Source of the DNA: Pseudomonas aeruginosa
GTDB taxonomy: Bacteria > Pseudomonadota > Gammaproteobacteria > Pseudomonadales > Pseudomonadaceae
Length of the DNA: 32,000 nucleotides
NCBI RefSeq assembly: GCF_001457615.1
Contig: NZ_LN831024.1
Location: forward strand, 3,420,001 to 3,452,000
Reading direction: 5' to 3'
Shown here: in pieces, positions 30,162 to 32,000 of the stretch
How the letters are laid out: each line of letters begins with the position of its first letter
How positions within the stretch are numbered: the stretch's first letter is position 1
Notes under the pieces: model-generated
What the model saw: only the letters and a program-made list of their open reading frames with translations
Database searches by the model: none
What the model was told of the DNA's origin: nothing
Made by a program: the position numbers and the translations under genes

Positions 30162-31571
30162 ATGAAAATACTCGCCCTTCTCGCAGCCTGCCTGCTGGCA
30201 GGCTGCGCCGCCAACGCCCCGCTGCGCGATGACAGCGAATCGACCTGCGCCGACATGCGGCCTTGCAGCGACAGCTACTACGAACGCCATCCGAACTACG
30301 AGATCGGCTTCGTCGAATACAGCGAGCGCGGCAACGACTTCGCGCCTGCCAGAACGCAACGCCTGATCGACCAGCTAAAGCGCTACTCCGCCCGGGGGGA
30401 CATCGCCATGGTGGTGTTCATTCACGGTTGGAAGCACAACGCGGGACGGGACGACGGCAACGTCGCCAGCTTCAACAAGGCACTCGCCAATCTCGCCTCC
30501 TCCGGGGTGCTGGGCAAACGCAGGCTGGTCGGCCTCTATGTTGGCTGGCGGGGCAAGTCGATGCATGGCCTGTATAGCGAGAACTTGACCTACTGGGACA
30601 GGAAGGCCGTCGCCGAGGAAGTCGGCCGGGGTGGCGTCGCCGAGTTGCTCGCCCAGTTGGAACGGATCGATCGCAAGGACAGGAACTATCTGGTGATCGT
30701 CGGCCACAGCTTCGGCGGCGCAATCACCCTCGGCGCACTTCACGACCCGTTGCTCGAACGCCTGCTGGCTCTCCAGGACGGTCAGCGGATACGCGCCTTC
30801 GGCGACGCGGTAATCATGCTGAATCCGGCGATAGAGGCCAATCAGGGCCTGCTGCTCAAGGAGAACAGCCTCAAGGTCGGCGCCCTGGGAACCCAGCCGC
30901 CGCCGCTGCTGTACGTCATCAGTTCGCACGGCGACAGCGCCACCCACTTCGCCTTCCCGCTCGGCCAATGGGTCGGCGTCAACCTCACCTGGAGCCAGGT
31001 GGACCTGGACAGGACCTACAACGGAACCCGCTATCGCCTCCGGGAAGAAGACCTGGATACCACCGCCCTCGGCAACTACAGCCTGTATCGGACCGCCCTG
31101 CTGATCGACCGCGAGTGCCCGCTGCCGGATGGCAGCGACAACTGCGCGCCAAGACCGCCCGAACCACGGGTGATCGACGACACCGATATCGGCAAATGGC
31201 GCTTCAGGAGCTTCTGCAGCGCGGACGGCGGCAACGCCGATCCGGCGCTGCCGCGCATGCCCTGCTACAGCAACGAGCCGGTCAACTTCATCTACACCTC
31301 GCAGTCCTTCATCGCCGACCACAACGATATCTTCAACGACCAGGTGATCGCCTTCATGGCCACCGCCGTCAGCAAGGCCATCTACGAACGCACGGCTGGC
31401 GCCTCCTACTACCGGGAGTGCCACGACCCGGTGCGGAAGAACTTCTCGTTCGGCAAGTGCTTCGACTTCCACTACCTCAAAGCCACGGCCATGCACCGGC
31501 GGCTGCAACGGCAACTCTCGGAACCCGGCACCCGCAGCGAACAGGACGTCCTCTATGAAAACCCTCTCTAG
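30162..31571 (+). CDS. alpha/beta-hydrolase-fold lipoprotein
   Basis: 469 aa; lipobox LLAGC, MVVFIHGWKHNA and nucleophile elbow LVIVGHSFGGAITLGAL. Confidence 0.88.
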   Translation: MKILALLAACLLAGCAANAPLRDDSESTCADMRPCSDSYYERHPNYEIGFVEYSERGNDFAPARTQRLIDQLKRYSARGDIAMVVFIHGWKHNAGRDDGNVASFNKALANLASSGVLGKRRLVGLYVGWRGKSMHGLYSENLTYWDRKAVAEEVGRGGVAELLAQLERIDRKDRNYLVIVGHSFGGAITLGALHDPLLERLLALQDGQRIRAFGDAVIMLNPAIEANQGLLLKENSLKVGALGTQPPPLLYVISSHGDSATHFAFPLGQWVGVNLTWSQVDLDRTYNGTRYRLREEDLDTTALGNYSLYRTALLIDRECPLPDGSDNCAPRPPEPRVIDDTDIGKWRFRSFCSADGGNADPALPRMPCYSNEPVNFIYTSQSFIADHNDIFNDQVIAFMATAVSKAIYERTAGASYYRECHDPVRKNFSFGKCFDFHYLKATAMHRRLQRQLSEPGTRSEQDVLYENPL

Positions 31572-32000
31572 CCTGCTCCTGATCGGCTTCGCCGTCGTTC
31601 TGCTCGCCCCGCGGATGGCGCCCGCCGCCAGCGCCGCCGAAGACAAGGCCACCTATTGCGGCTCCGGCTTCACCCAGTATCTGGTTCCGGACGACGTCGC
31701 GGGCTGCTCGCTCAGCGAGGCCTGCCGCCTGCACGATATCTGCTACGGCCGCTGCGACAAGGACGGCGACCTCTACGGCAGCGCCTACTGCGCGCAAAGC
31801 GAAAAGTCCGAAGCCCGCAACATGAGCAAGCAGCAGTGCGACGCCAGGCTGCAGGCCGACATCGCCGCACAGAACGGCAACAGCCGCCTGTGCCGCGCGG
31901 TGGGAGGCGTCTACCGGGTATTCGTGAAGCACCTGGGGCAAGGTCCGTTCAATGGCCGGGAGGCACTGGACATCTACCTGAAGGTCATGCAATCGGCGCC
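31555..32000 (+). CDS. secreted phospholipase A2-like protein (3' end outside window)
   Basis: Translated by hand: MKTLSSLLLIGFAVVLLAPRMAPAASAAEDKATYCGSGFTQYLVPDDVAGCSLSEACRLHDICYGRCDKDG...; signal peptide plus CxxHDxCYxxC motif. Overlaps the upstream gene by 17 nt and stays open to the window end. Confidence 0.75.
   Translation, partial: MKTLSSLLLIGFAVVLLAPRMAPAASAAEDKATYCGSGFTQYLVPDDVAGCSLSEACRLHDICYGRCDKDGDLYGSAYCAQSEKSEARNMSKQQCDARLQADIAAQNGNSRLCRAVGGVYRVFVKHLGQGPFNGREALDIYLKVMQSA

Overview
This window matches Pseudomonas aeruginosa core-type chromosome, judged from recognisable proteins and gene order recalled from memory (no database search was run). From left to right it contains: the C-terminal part of a PucR/CdaR-like regulator; a secreted halovibrin-family protein; a hypothetical protein; a fem-type cell-surface-signalling iron uptake locus (ECF sigma factor, FecR-like anti-sigma factor, STN-type TonB receptor with an apparent 1-nt N-terminal frameshift, PepSY membrane protein, small membrane protein, MFS transporter, membrane-anchored PAF-acetylhydrolase-like hydrolase); a HIT-like protein; a ~144-bp tandem repeat with alternating hairpins; and the complete second phenazine operon phzA2-G2 on the minus strand. 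Next come the orphan LuxR-type quorum-sensing receptor gene qscR and a perfect 20-bp palindromic lux box upstream of a plus-strand cluster. That cluster encodes a fatty-acid hydroxylase/sterol-desaturase-like protein, an unclassified protein, a fatty-acid desaturase, a 2OG-Fe(II) oxygenase-like protein, a penicillin-acylase-family Ntn hydrolase, an unclassified protein and a small membrane protein. The right end has a GST, small lipoprotein and hypothetical genes, an alpha/beta-hydrolase lipoprotein, and a secreted protein with a phospholipase-A2-like CxxHDxCYxxC motif that runs off the window. The most interesting region is the QscR-linked lipid-modifying gene cluster (about 20.5-28.2 kb), whose biochemical product is, to my knowledge, undefined. 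The next most interesting are the frameshifted receptor and the repeat array next to phzG2.
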